Under the pieces are notes generated by a model, which worked only from the letters and a program-made list of their open reading frames with translations, was not told the origin of the DNA and searched no databases. A DNA stretch of 45,751 nt. It comes from Octopus bimaculoides (taxonomy: Eukaryota). A program made the translations under genes and the position numbers. Location of the stretch: assembly GCF_001194135.2 (NCBI RefSeq), contig NC_068987.1, positions 33,473,469 through 33,519,219 on the forward strand. The letters are read 5' to 3'. This document shows, piece after piece, positions 1-13,050 of this stretch. The first letter of the stretch is position 1. The number at the start of each line of letters is the position of its first letter.

Positions 1-39
1 TATATATATATATACAATATATGTGTGTGTGTGTTTGTG

Positions 40-418
40 TCTGTGGTTGTCCCCCATCACTGCTTGACAACCGGTGTTGGCATATTTGCATACCTGTTTG
101 CTGACGGTTCACAAAAAGAGACCGATAGAATAAGTTCTAGGCTTTAAAACTTTTGTATGGAAGTAGAACACCCCTATTGGTTGGCTCCTAATGGACTGTG
201 CCACAATATAAATGTACACGCGCAGACAGCATTTCAGCTTAGAGTGTAAGCTGAGAGTTGCGCATTGTGAAGGGTTATTACCAGTATATTGAGTAGAACG
301 TGTGATACAACAAAAACATGTTCTTGTGTCGGTTTGTTTGCTTAATATACTTCAAGGCGTTGCTCCACCATGGCCGCTGTCAAATGACTGAAACAATTAA
401 ATAGATAAACGAATAAAA
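40..418 (+). mobile_element. 3' (tail) half of a tRNA-derived octopus-type SINE (here family B), interrupted by a ~165-bp insertion at 151-315
   Basis: Follows a (TA)n(TG)n tract. ccccatcactgcttgacaaccggtgttgg...aaagagaccgatagaataag (51-134) and catggccgctgtcaaatgactgaaacaa (370-397) match, in reverse complement, the independent copy at 37075-37270. Confidence 0.7.
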
Positions 419-2026
419 GCATGTGTGTGCGCGCACGCATGTGTGTATGCTTCTGTGCATATATGTGTGTATGCTTGTGTGCATATATGTGTGTATAAGT
501 GAGCTTATATGAGAGAGAACAGAAAGAATTTGAATGAACGGGAGAGGCAGAGAGAGAATTTATATATTACAATTATTAACAACAACTGGATGATAACATT
601 ATTATAAGTAACGTTCAATGTTGACGAAGGAAATTCCAATAGTATATTAGACCAAATGACTCCATCTTATATATGAACAGCATTTACAATCCTCTCCTTA
701 GGCTAAAATTTGAGCATAAAACACGACTACTTGTTATAAGAAATTATGTTGATTCAAAGGAAAGCATAGACAACAGTATACAAGCAACTAGTGGTATCAA
801 AGATACTATGTAATAGTGTAAATATACCCAATCCGATAATTTTGTTTTTCATTTAACATATTATTCTAATCTTTGCTGTAATATTCAATTAATCAAGAAT
901 GAACATATACATTAGAATGTAAAGTAGCATGTTATAAATTTAGTAAGAAACTAAATTTGTATTGATTTCACTATTTTTCAGTTGCAAATTCTGAGCAATC
1001 CTTATCGAAATCATTCTCATTTTTAGCATACAGTCGACATGTATATCAACTGACCAATTCTCCTGCGAGTTTGATCAATTTCCAAGTAATATCTGTTTAA
1101 ACAAATATCATTTCCTATTTCAACAGTCTTTGCTATGAAAAATAAAACAAAACACATTTAGTCAGGACACTGTTGGATTTATCTTCCAAAACATGCAAAT
1201 ATCAAGAACGGGAAACCAAGATTTTTTGCCGTTCTCTCTATCGCGTCCTCGTTCCTTTATTTCATTCTCTCCCTATTCCTCTCATACACTCAATTTGATT
1301 GCTGACTTCTCTTTCAAATTGTAGCTATCACTAACCATTCTCTGTCAATATTATAGTGCTTGAACGTGCGCGTGTGTATACATATGTACGCACGCACAAA
1401 CACATACATGTGTGTGTGGATACATAAAAATATATATATGTATACGCATATATATATATATATACATACTTATGCATACATATATACAAACAAATACACA
1501 CGCAATCACACACAATAACGCACACATAGTTTCTATATACATCTCACTACAATGCTGCAAGTTATATTTTCGGAGAGCGTGTATCAACTATCTTTTGTGG
1601 AATCCAGAATGCAATAAAAATCCAACAATCACCAAAATCTCTGTTTCCTTTACATCATGATATCGAATATCCGATTGTATAGCAAAGCTTGCATATCAGA
1701 TTGGATTACCTGCTGCAAGCTTGTATTTGGATTGTAACTACGTGTTAGACATATATCAGTATATTTAATGCACTAGTCATGAGAGGGAATATTTCACAGT
1801 CTTTTAACTCCTAACATCATAAGCGTATTTCTATGTGTGTGAGTGTGCATGTGTGTGTTCGCAGGCTTGTGTGTTCGTGTATGTATAGGAACACATATTC
1901 ATCTATATGTACGCATATGTTTGTATATACTTATACGTACATATACATGCATATACTAATACGTACACACCCCATATATATATTCATACACACGCATGAA
2001 CTTACATATACAGACCACCTATATAT

Positions 2027-2877
2027 NNNNNNNNNNNNNNNNNNNNNNNNNNNNNNNNNNNNNNNNNNNNNNNNNNNNNNNNNNNNNNNNNNNNNNNNNN
2101 NNNNNNNNNNNNNNNNNNNNNNNNNNNNNNNNNNNNNNNNNNNNNNNNNNNNNNNNNNNNNNNNNNNNNNNNNNNNNNNNNNNNNNNNNNNNNNNNNNNN
2201 NNNNNNNNNNNNNNNNNNNNNNNNNNNNNNNNNNNNNNNNNNNNNNNNNNNNNNNNNNNNNNNNNNNNNNNNNNNNNNNNNNNNNNNNNNNNNNNNNNNN
2301 NNNNNNNNNNNNNNNNNNNNNNNNNNNNNNNNNNNNNNNNNNNNNNNNNNNNNNNNNNNNNNNNNNNNNNNNNNNNNNNNNNNNNNNNNNNNNNNNNNNN
2401 NNNNNNNNNNNNNNNNNNNNNNNNNNNNNNNNNNNNNNNNNNNNNNNNNNNNNNNNNNNNNNNNNNNNNNNNNNNNNNNNNNNNNNNNNNNNNNNNNNNN
2501 NNNNNNNNNNNNNNNNNNNNNNNNNNNNNNNNNNNNNNNNNNNNNNNNNNNNNNNNNNNNNNNNNNNNNNNNNNNNNNNNNNNNNNNNNNNNNNNNNNNN
2601 NNNNNNNNNNNNNNNNNNNNNNNNNNNNNNNNNNNNNNNNNNNNNNNNNNNNNNNNNNNNNNNNNNNNNNNNNNNNNNNNNNNNNNNNNNNNNNNNNNNN
2701 NNNNNNNNNNNNNNNNNNNNNNNNNNNNNNNNNNNNNNNNNNNNNNNNNNNNNNNNNNNNNNNNNNNNNNNNNNNNNNNNNNNNNNNNNNNNNNNNNNNN
2801 NNNNNNNNNNNNNNNNNNNNNNNNNNNNNNNNNNNNNNNNNNNNNNNNNNNNNNNNNNNNNNNNNNNNNNNNNNNNN
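2027..2877. other. Assembly gap (N-run); further gaps at 6885-7410, 8964-9231, 10746-10755, 16149-16298, ~25916-26871, 28261-28599, 29086-29518, 33471-33938, 35265-35573, 39052-39532, 44549-44587
   Basis: Runs of n seen directly. Most are bounded by (TA)n or (CA)n microsatellites. Confidence 0.99.
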
Positions 2878-4137
2878 GATGCATAGAAATATTGCAAATA
2901 CTGGTGTATACCTTCACTTCAATAAATCGGAGGAAATATATTTCTCCCTCTATCTATGGATATAATGCTATTGTATCGTATCATGTTGGTAAATTTACTA
3001 AGTTGTGTGTAATAATTCTTTTGCCACAAAATCAGTACGTCTGTAATCTGAAAATAGTACCTTCCTCAAGCTCTAACCTGCTAGAAATAGCAGCCATTTC
3101 CTCACATATAACAAATATTTTGTGGAAGATAATTTTTAATAGCCATCATTTTCACAGTATCGCAACGATGGCTAGATTGCTAGCATCTAATACCTTCTGG
3201 AAAAATGGAACGCAAATATACTAATCGCTTTTGTGTTATTCACAAGAGAATTTCTCGTTTAGGATGGCTATGTCTTCATTAAATATTTGATTAATTTATA
3301 CAACAGATATTGGGGCACTGGTGTTTCAGCTTGTTATGTTTCATCAGTTAGGAGTCTCTGGACCGACGGTTAAGTCTAATAAGAGCCGATAGCCTTGTCT
3401 ATAATTTCAGCGTGCAAATAGTTCCCATAGCCGTTCTCGTATTTGCCAGCCGAGAATAAATCCTACTTTGCACGTTGTACAGTGAGATTCTAGACGATGA
3501 TTTGCATATTTAATGTTAATACTTTCCGAAATTACATAAATAGATAAATAGAGAGGCCTTCGTTAGACATGATCAAAAGTCACCCGTGGGACACGAACAC
3601 GCACCGTCGGTAAACGTGACATTAATTCTACTTTAGGAATAAAAATAATCCTTCGAAAAGTTGCTCTTGGATTCGAACCCACGTCTGTAACCGGTCTAGA
3701 CGTTCCACAATGACTGAAGTTCGTGAATAAAGGTATCAAGCGCAAAGTCTGTAGTTGATTTAATGGTCCATTTGCTTCTTAAACTGAATTGCGCATGCTC
3801 AGGCTTCAGTGAAATATTATATACTGTATATAATTATACGATGTCCAAAAATAATACTTTGAATATATCTATCGGAACATATTCCCTTATAAGCAATAAG
3901 AATATTTCTAAATGTAATCATTGAACTTCTATATATGTTCGTTAATAAACTACGCAAGGTTACATCCTACTTCATAGTGCTGATGTAAGCAGGAAGAGAA
4001 TATTGTTAAATGTTAATCTATGAATTAGGATATACGTCTACGCGCCTCTCAATCCTTCTCTCTCTCTCATTATATATGTATGTGTGTGTATAATACATAC
4101 ATACATCATATATATATATACATCCATATATAATGAT

Positions 4138-4171
<34 letters not shown>

Positions 4172-4735
4172 TATATCTGTATATGCCTGTGTATTTAAGA
4201 TTGCGTGTGATGTATGATTGTAAATATATGTACATAGGTTTTTTTTTATATTCTTATTATACTTCAGGGTATATCTGTTCATGTGTGTATGGGATCGTTC
4301 AGTCAATTACTGGACATTGCACAAACTAAGATATTTAACAATGGTTGACTGCCTATAGGAATTGCAAACGAAAATAGTCGATCACTTCTGCTATGTTGGT
4401 AACACAGCAGGGAGACGACTCTCTGAAAATACTAATATACTCTTCAATGTAAACTATCGAAATCCTCATCAATTATATTATGCTGTCGGTGTGTACATAC
4501 GAGATGCCAATGTGGTTGGTCTAGTTAGCTCTCCGTTTTTTTATATGCAGCAAATTTATCATTATTTCTTATTCATTGGGATCTGTAATATTTAAACGAA
4601 TATATTATTGATATTACATTGCTTCTAACTTAGAGATCTATATATATATATAATATGGTTTTACCTGGTATGCTACAAAAAGAAATGTTCATGCGCAACA
4701 GCACCCAACCACGTGCTTTCATATACCAACTTTCT

Positions 4736-4784
<49 letters not shown>

Positions 4785-7524
4785 ATACACATACGTATGC
4801 ATATTTATAAATACATACATAAATACATTGATACATACATGCATTCATACATACAATAATAGTGATATAGACAGAAGAGATAAAGGAAATAGAGACTTAA
4901 GCTCACTGCAGACAGACTTTGAGTGCCAAATAGTCTTTCTTACTAAGCACTTCTTTAGCAATCACAACAAGAATAAATACATCAATATAGTGCTGAAAGT
5001 GAAGAGAAAAGTATCTTAAATGTCAACAGCGAGGTCAAGGGGTATCTTTCTGATGACCTTCTATGCAACCCCCAAAACAGCCGGAAAAACTTAGCTTGAC
5101 GAAGACATGAATGTGAAATGCTCAGCATATAAAAAGAAACAACAACAAAAAAACAAAGAGAAACAAAGTGACCAAAACAAATAAAGACCATGCTTTGGTA
5201 TGATTGCCGAAGACTTGAAAATTTTGAAGAATCCAGTTTTAGATGAAGCAAAGCCTCTCTTGGACTCGTGTAACCGCTACATCACACTTTGTAGGCTATG
5301 AACAAGATATAGCTGCGAAATATCTAATAGAAAAAAAACAGAAAGTGAATAAACAAAAATATAGTTCCAAGATATAGCTGAAAATGTAGATTATTTCATA
5401 TTTCTGGAGCAGACATCACCCGTGATTAGCAGCTTCCCCAAAATATCATCAAAGTATTACCTCCCTATGGTGTACAATGTTGTGGTAAATATAATATATA
5501 ATGGCACCCATAAATATAATGGCATCCATACATCCCATGCACCATTCACATTACAGATATAGATTTACCCTGTTTGCACCAAATCTAGAACTACTTACAT
5601 CCTTTACACCTAATGTTTTTACTCAGGGACTAGACCTAACACCGTTCAGTATTCGGTGTGCATTCAAAACAATGATTAGTAATATTACGAAACCGGTATG
5701 CTTTTGAATCTCTTTAAGAACTCACAATAATGACTTTTATTACTTTTATTCCTACCTCAGTTCATGTAATTGTATATATCTATCGTTACTTTTCATACAA
5801 AGCCTTTATGTATATTTATTTATGTATATTTATTTATAAATAATAGCTGAAACACCTGGTATTAATTGAGTCGAAAAATGCTGCTAAAATCATACAATGA
5901 ATATTGAAAGTTATTCACCTAGATTTCATTTTATGTGGCTGGAAATGGAACTTTGGGGTGGGGGCATCGTATGTTGTTTGATTAAGTTAGCTGACAGTAT
6001 AGGGATTTTAAAAATCATATAGGTGTTAAGAAATGGTCATCATAGTTATACTGATTTTATTATGAATTCAAATGAAATTGTGAAGTTACATATGAATCAA
6101 AATTGTAGTTATTCTGTAGGTTCAGTTGGAACCTCGTTTGTGAAATAGAAGAGATTCATGAAAATAATTACACAAGAATGGAAGTAAATTGTGAAGATGC
6201 ATAAGGATGTTCAAATGATCCTGCTTTGACGGGAGTGACAACAGGTTTTCAGGCTCAACTGCAAATTTCACCCCTTCATCTTCTTGCCGTATACATTGCA
6301 GAAAAATGAATACATTTTCACGAAATTTTCAGCAAATCCAGCTTCGATGCTGTGCATTCAGGGTACATATGGATTTATGGGACAGAAATATTTCGAGGGG
6401 TAGGGAGAGGAATTTCCGATAAAGTTCACACTACGCCATTTTTTTCCTCGTACTATTTTTTTTCACGAAAATTTATGTATTATCATTAAAACTGCGTGCA
6501 TTACAATTATAAAGAAATTTATGGGTAAAATATTCCCCGAGAAGGCGGGGAGTAAAGTTTTGGAAAAGGACCGATGAAGAAGAACTTTATGTTAATTTTT
6601 TTACGCCATCCCCACCATTCGCATCTCGACCGATTTTCGCTACATTTTTTTTTTGCACTGAAAAACTATAGGAGGAGAGTTTCGGTACTAAAACAAAAAA
6701 AATAATTAATAATTTCAGAGGAAAAACTGCGATTTAAATGAGATTTAGCTGTTGTTTCCAAAACATCTCAAGACCACCCTCCTCGTTTCTTTCTCGCTCT
6801 CATATGAATTGTTGTTTTTAATTATTTTTCTCACCATAAACACATTAATGCTACAAAAACATTAAAACAATTTTGATTTATCTTNNNNNNNNNNNNNNNN
6901 NNNNNNNNNNNNNNNNNNNNNNNNNNNNNNNNNNNNNNNNNNNNNNNNNNNNNNNNNNNNNNNNNNNNNNNNNNNNNNNNNNNNNNNNNNNNNNNNNNNN
7001 NNNNNNNNNNNNNNNNNNNNNNNNNNNNNNNNNNNNNNNNNNNNNNNNNNNNNNNNNNNNNNNNNNNNNNNNNNNNNNNNNNNNNNNNNNNNNNNNNNNN
7101 NNNNNNNNNNNNNNNNNNNNNNNNNNNNNNNNNNNNNNNNNNNNNNNNNNNNNNNNNNNNNNNNNNNNNNNNNNNNNNNNNNNNNNNNNNNNNNNNNNNN
7201 NNNNNNNNNNNNNNNNNNNNNNNNNNNNNNNNNNNNNNNNNNNNNNNNNNNNNNNNNNNNNNNNNNNNNNNNNNNNNNNNNNNNNNNNNNNNNNNNNNNN
7301 NNNNNNNNNNNNNNNNNNNNNNNNNNNNNNNNNNNNNNNNNNNNNNNNNNNNNNNNNNNNNNNNNNNNNNNNNNNNNNNNNNNNNNNNNNNNNNNNNNNN
7401 NNNNNNNNNNAGTGAAAGAAGGTTTTCCGAACAAATTCCGATATAGGTTGAATCTAAACCATTACAAGGATTTCAATAGAAATTTTTATTAAAGAATACC
7501 CATTGTCCTTAAGATAGATACATT

Positions 7525-7551
7525 TGATAGATAATAGATAATAGATTAGTT

Positions 7552-7585
<34 letters not shown>

Positions 7586-7630
7586 AAGACAGACAGACAG
7601 ACAGACATACAGACAGACAGACAGACAGAC

Positions 7631-7689
<59 letters not shown>

Positions 7690-7704
7690 CAGATACATAG
7701 ATAG
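7525..7704. repeat. Compound tetranucleotide microsatellite (AGAT)n/(AGAC)n
   Basis: Direct reading of the tandem units. Confidence 0.97.
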
Positions 7705-8210
7705 ATTTGTCTGACAAGTGTTTTGAAATGAGACGGCGTGTTGAAAAACAATAACAGCGTCAAAGGCAGGTTCTAGCCATACAAAATCACACAAAAGCTC
7801 TCGACTTCACTTACACTAGTATTATTATTATTTAGTGGCAACATTTTCGGCGCATTAACTGCTACTTGTTTACTGACACAGTTTCATTGCTGGTAGTTTG
7901 AAGCAAGTCTACTAGTTACTATATACAGGTCATAGGGTTAGAAATGTAACTTTTCCGTTTAAAGTCGGTCGTTCTGGATGCGATCGTCTGCTTCTCATAG
8001 TTGGTTAGTTTACTTGTAATTCGCATACTATCTGTTTCTTCTTTCACAGTGGGGGCATACTTTGACATTACATCCTATAGCAAAACAGAAATCCTTTACT
8101 TCCTAGAAGAGAAGCTACTATTCTATGATAAAACAACAGAGACAATTGTGAAAAAGTTTGGCAAAAATTATCTGTTAGAAATAGAACGACTATCAGCAGT
8201 AGATATTACT

Positions 8211-8289
<79 letters not shown>
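8211..8289. repeat. (GTA)n trinucleotide microsatellite
   Basis: Direct reading; produces the poly-Val tail of ORF 8001-8294. Confidence 0.97.
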
Positions 8290-8913
8290 AATAGTTGTGA
8301 AAGTTTTAGATGAAGAAGTAACGAATGTAGTAAGGCCATTATATTAACAAATAGTTAACTTGATTTCTGTCAGCATGTCAAGTTCGAAATATGACCCAAA
8401 CGTTATGGAATGGATTCGCAGTAACTCATGCAAAATAACTGTTAATATGAAAAGACTAGACGTTAGTCGTCGAAATTAAATATTCTAAATATTGATTTCG
8501 CATTTGTAAGCCCGACAAAGTAATGGGCAAGAATTTGACTTTTCGTCACCACCGAAATACAACAAAACTGTTTACACGTTCAAAAGCACAATCACACATG
8601 GGCAATCATACATATAAACTAAAGAAAAACAAGCAAAACACACACACATAAATGCACGCATTCACCTGTGTATGCATGTGTCTGCGTATGCATGTATACA
8701 TCTGTGCTTGTGTCTGAGGTCTTCTTGTCTTATGTCCAATTATGTGTAAGTATAATGTTAAAGTTTTCTCTTTTTTTTAATTAAAAGTTATAAGATAAGG
8801 AGCAGAAAAAGACAACCAACACTGATGATGTCTTGGGTGTCAGTTCTATCTATCTATGTGACTCTGTCTGTCTCCCTCCCTCCCTCTCTCTTTCTCCCAA
8901 TATATATACACAC

Positions 8914-8963
<50 letters not shown>

Positions 8964-9231
8964 NNNNNNNNNNNNNNNNNNNNNNNNNNNNNNNNNNNNN
9001 NNNNNNNNNNNNNNNNNNNNNNNNNNNNNNNNNNNNNNNNNNNNNNNNNNNNNNNNNNNNNNNNNNNNNNNNNNNNNNNNNNNNNNNNNNNNNNNNNNNN
9101 NNNNNNNNNNNNNNNNNNNNNNNNNNNNNNNNNNNNNNNNNNNNNNNNNNNNNNNNNNNNNNNNNNNNNNNNNNNNNNNNNNNNNNNNNNNNNNNNNNNN
9201 NNNNNNNNNNNNNNNNNNNNNNNNNNNNNNN

Positions 9232-9267
<36 letters not shown>

Positions 9268-9949
9268 GTCTGTATGTGTGTATGTATATATTTGTATCTG
9301 TATGTATATCAATGTATCTATATGTATAACTCGTTATTGAAGTCTCACCATAACAATTAACAATTGGTAATTTGGTTACTATGAGATTATCATAAAGTTG
9401 TATATAACTAAAATTAATTATTCTACTCTACGATCTAAAATATTAGTGTCTGTTTTTTGTGCCACGTAGATTTCTAGACACATTTATGTGCGTGTGAGCT
9501 AACATTCGATGCACACGCACACGCACACACACACTCACACACACATTCACGCACTCACAAATGCACACATATATATATACATATTTGCATATGCATATGT
9601 AATTGTATACAAGCTTATATAATTATATGTATATATTAAAAATCTACATTTTTAGATATATATGTACATATTCCCATATACATACACTTACGCGCCTGCG
9701 CAATTCATACACACGCAAACACACACATACACACACATACACACGTACATCGGTAGATAGATATAGATATAACTATCTACGCTCTAAAAATTATCATAAA
9801 ATTGGCAACCTTTTAATATAACCACAGGCAAATTGAACACAGAATGAAAGAAATTGCAAAGCCACTCTAGCTAGTCCGTAGACACATGAAAAATCGAAAT
9901 TGAACTGGTCAATGAATGCCACAAATCACCTGACCCCACTCCAGCAGGT

Positions 9950-10250
9950 CAGGAACCATTATAACACACTGACAGCCTGCTATCCAATCTGACCTCATTT
10001 CATCCAACTCTACAACAGCATTTTGGAATTGCCTTGAACCAGTTGATATACAGAGGAACCCAACTAACATTACGTCAAGTATGATGATACTTCACAAACC
10101 TAATAAGAAAAACGATTTCTTGCCTTCCAAAAGCAGTTATCATGTCCAATGTCACTGAAGATTTCAATCCCATGCCAGTAAAATCAGAAGTTACCGCTCT
10201 TTCCATAACTCCTACCATGTGTAAGCTTATAAAAGGGATTTTACAATATT
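9950..10250 (+). mobile_element. Degenerate non-LTR (LINE) reverse transcriptase fragment, N-terminal part of the RT
   Basis: Frameshifted translation ...ILHKPNKK... then RSYRS / SITPTMCKLIKGIL resembles the LINE motif xYRPISLTSxxCKLxExI. Stops and shifts are present. Confidence 0.5.
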
Positions 10251-11699
10251 GTGAGTTTTTTCCTTATCCGCAGTCCTACTAATATTCCAAATAGGCCGCA
10301 ACGAACAACGTTCAACATAAGCATTGAGCACTAGTATGGAACGGAGATACATAAATTATTTACACTGTACAATTTTGAAAAATGCGTAACATACAAAATA
10401 TATTACTAAATAACAATTCTAATCCTATACACTGAAATTTCCGAATAACACATCAAGATATGAAGAACTATGAGAGGAAAATATAGCAACATAAACTACT
10501 ACATAATCTGAAAGTATCTACCTCATAAAAATCAATGCAGATCAATGTACACATATTAAATTTTGTGTCTTGGTCTGTCTATCTTTCTCTCCCTCTCCCT
10601 CCTCCTCTCTATGTGCGTGTGTGTGTTTGTGTGTGTATGTGTGTAAATATTGACATGTATGCATACACACACAGAAAAATACAGCAACACATACACAGAC
10701 CCACACAAATACTCACACACAGACACACACACACACATGTATATANNNNNNNNNNATATATACCGTATACATTGTTACAGGAATGGAATACTTATGAAAA
10801 CCCACTCAAAAGCGTCTGTATGAAAGCAAATATTGAAAATTCCCGGGTTCAATAATCGGAACTCAGCCGACATAAGTAAATCGAATATTCTCCAAAAGAA
10901 CCGTTAACAATATGACTATACAAAACAGCGTAATTCTACAATAACATAAAAAGTAAGTTACAATTCATGCAGAAATTTATATGAACCTTGCAAATGAAAC
11001 AGAACCTGAAGTATAAACATCAATTGGCTCTCGTCCAATGTAGAAAAATGCATCCTCGCTCTAAATACCAATTCAAACAGATAACACGTAAAGAAAATAC
11101 ATAAACTAATGAGTGAAGAGAAATAGCCATACACAGGAGTGTTTTTCTAAATTTAATGTTGAGCTTTGTGAGTTTAAATCTTTAAGAAAAACTAATAAGA
11201 CATCTCGAATGCTAACTCCACTTTCATTCAGTGCTTGATGTGAAGAACATTTACTTTGAAAATATATATACTTTACATTGAAGTAAGATTTACACATATT
11301 TTCCCGCGAAGTGAGTAATCTTTCTTGGCACATTATGATGATCTGCGTTGAATATAAATACATGCATATAAACTAATATGGTGATGAGGAGAGATTGAAA
11401 GCATGTGAGAAAGAGATCATAAACAAAACTCAGGGATGAAAGGCAAGAACAAGAAATTTCTGATAAACTGAAATCCTAGAATTATCCAGTGAACATAATT
11501 TGGTTTAACGTTATGTGTAAATAACTTAATGCTAAACACGATTTTTAAAATACTTTCAGTAGATTTAAGTATCATCGGAAAATACTTAGGATTATTTATA
11601 AAGCACTTTCCTAATTCCCTTTCGAAATTTTGAAGATTCTTAAAAGTTTACCTCGAAAGTCTTTGGAAATCTCGGATCGAATTCAAGGAATGCTTAAAG

Positions 11700-12400
11700 G
11701 AATCAGCTAAAACTCGACACCTAGATGCTGCACATATATCCCTGTTATGTGTCCCGAGTTGAGACCACATGTGTGATCACAATGTTTGGTTCCTTTGGAG
11801 CAAGATGCTGAGATGCGCATACTCTTCTGTCTCGCATCTGATATTCTTATAAAACTGCTGCTGTTGATTTGAACTATAGAGCTGATACCGCCAGATTTTC
11901 GTCATTTCACCGGATTCAGCACCTTATTTCCTTCACTACTATTCAAATAGCGTTCTTTTAAGTTTGTTTCTCCTTCCAAGCGTTCTATAAGCATAAGGCC
12001 GGGCATTCATCCAACAGTACTTATACCAACTCTTCCTACCGAGATGCTCTCACAATGTTGCTATATCTCGTTAAGCTAACCTCTACGATCATAGCTTCTT
12101 GTACTTTTCTTTTACCAAGGCACTTTGGCACTTTTCGTTATACGACTATAAACGCAATTGCTCTAAGCTGTACATACTGCTGTCGATAAATCGGAGTAAT
12201 GATTATTTCTTCGAGACTTATCAATAGATAACTCTGTTCCTCAGCCATATCCTCTAGTAATACAAGGCCGTCTACAATATGCTGCTTCCATTCCACTTCT
12301 CTAGGCAAGCCCATTTCCTCTACTACGCCTTGCCTATCGATCTACTGACCTACACCGACATTATCCTCCTCGAGGTCATCACCACTCCGAACGCTTTCGT
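11700..12400 (-). mobile_element. Old LINE RT remnant (RTE-like)
   Basis: One minus frame gives, in the expected order, EEIIITPIYRQ ... KEKQT*KNAI*IVVKE ... NDENLAVSAL*FKS ... RDT*QG. These resemble IxPIYK, RxGRSTxDAIFxxRQL, N..L...FxDFxKAFD and GVRQG. Many stops. Confidence 0.4.
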
Positions 12401-12689
12401 TATGAAAGCCTCTATTTCGAATCATTCTCATCTGATTAATGAGGCTATTTCTGTAATCTCGGACCTACCTAGCTAGTTCCAAATTCGAGTGCTCTTTTTC
12501 CCGACGGATCTGTATTTACCATTGCTCTTGTCTAACAAGGCTTCTTTATAACACCTAATGTTTTTTTTTTCTCTTCACATCGGTGACCACTTGCGTTTGA
12601 ACGTCCGTTGGGTATTTAGACCAGCAAAAAAAGGACCATGACTGTGGAGTCTGGTCTTCCTCTTCATTGACCTCTAAGAGACACCTGCC

Positions 12690-12915
12690 GCTTATGGTGC
12701 TACACTCATGATCGTAAGATTCTAATTTCGATTGTAAAATTGCAAGATTGTAATTTCGATGTGTTGTGATTTTGAGCAAAACACTTCATTTCACGTTGCT
12801 ACACTCCACTTAGTAGGCAAAAATGGGCAATCCTTTGACGGATCATCCTCCTCTACAGCGGGTATATATAAGTCACAGAATCCGGGAAGCCGTCGTTATG
12901 AACTTATGTCTCAGG
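12690..12915 (+). mobile_element. tRNA-derived SINE (family C), degenerate
   Basis: gtgattttgagcaaaacacttcatttcacgttgctacactccact matches the reverse complement of gagtgaactggagcaacgtgaaataaagtgtcttgctcaagaacac at ~31980-32026. Confidence 0.65.
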
Positions 12916-12960
12916 AACGGTTATCATTTTCAGCTATCATTAATATTAAAGCGTACTAAG

Positions 12961-12969
12961 GTAATAGTT

Positions 12970-13020
<51 letters not shown>

Positions 13021-13050
13021 ATACTGTAGGTGGTGGTGGTGGTGGTTGCG
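12961..13050. repeat. (GTA)n followed by (GGT)n microsatellite
   Basis: Direct reading. Confidence 0.95.

Noticed and set aside
702-813. Acceptor cctctccttAG followed by an open frame LKFEHKTRLLVIRNYVDSKESIDNSIQATSGIKDTM*
   Set aside because: No recognisable domain and no partner exon; such pseudo-exons are expected by chance in tens of kb of AT-rich DNA.
1833-3224. Long ORFs spanning N-runs (this one and those at 6862, 8833, 16022, 25762, 28166, 28980, 33370, 38991, 44322)
   Set aside because: Their length comes from untranslatable N codons; the real flanks are microsatellite-derived YI/CV/HT repeats.
3660-3735. Possible tRNA gene (GGTTCGAATCC on the minus strand)
   Set aside because: No acceptor-stem complement or D-arm/A-box can be built; kept only as a tRNA-like motif.
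4362-5300. KIVDHFCYVG (4368-4400) and NK*RPCFGMIAEDLK (5170-5220) as LINE RT scraps
   Set aside because: Single short motifs without neighbouring motifs in order; too weak to annotate.
8374-8479. Acceptor plus MSSSKYDPNVMEWIRSN, reminiscent of calponin/transgelin KYDP...EWI
   Set aside because: The spacing is several residues too short, the donor is weak and no other CH-domain exon was found.
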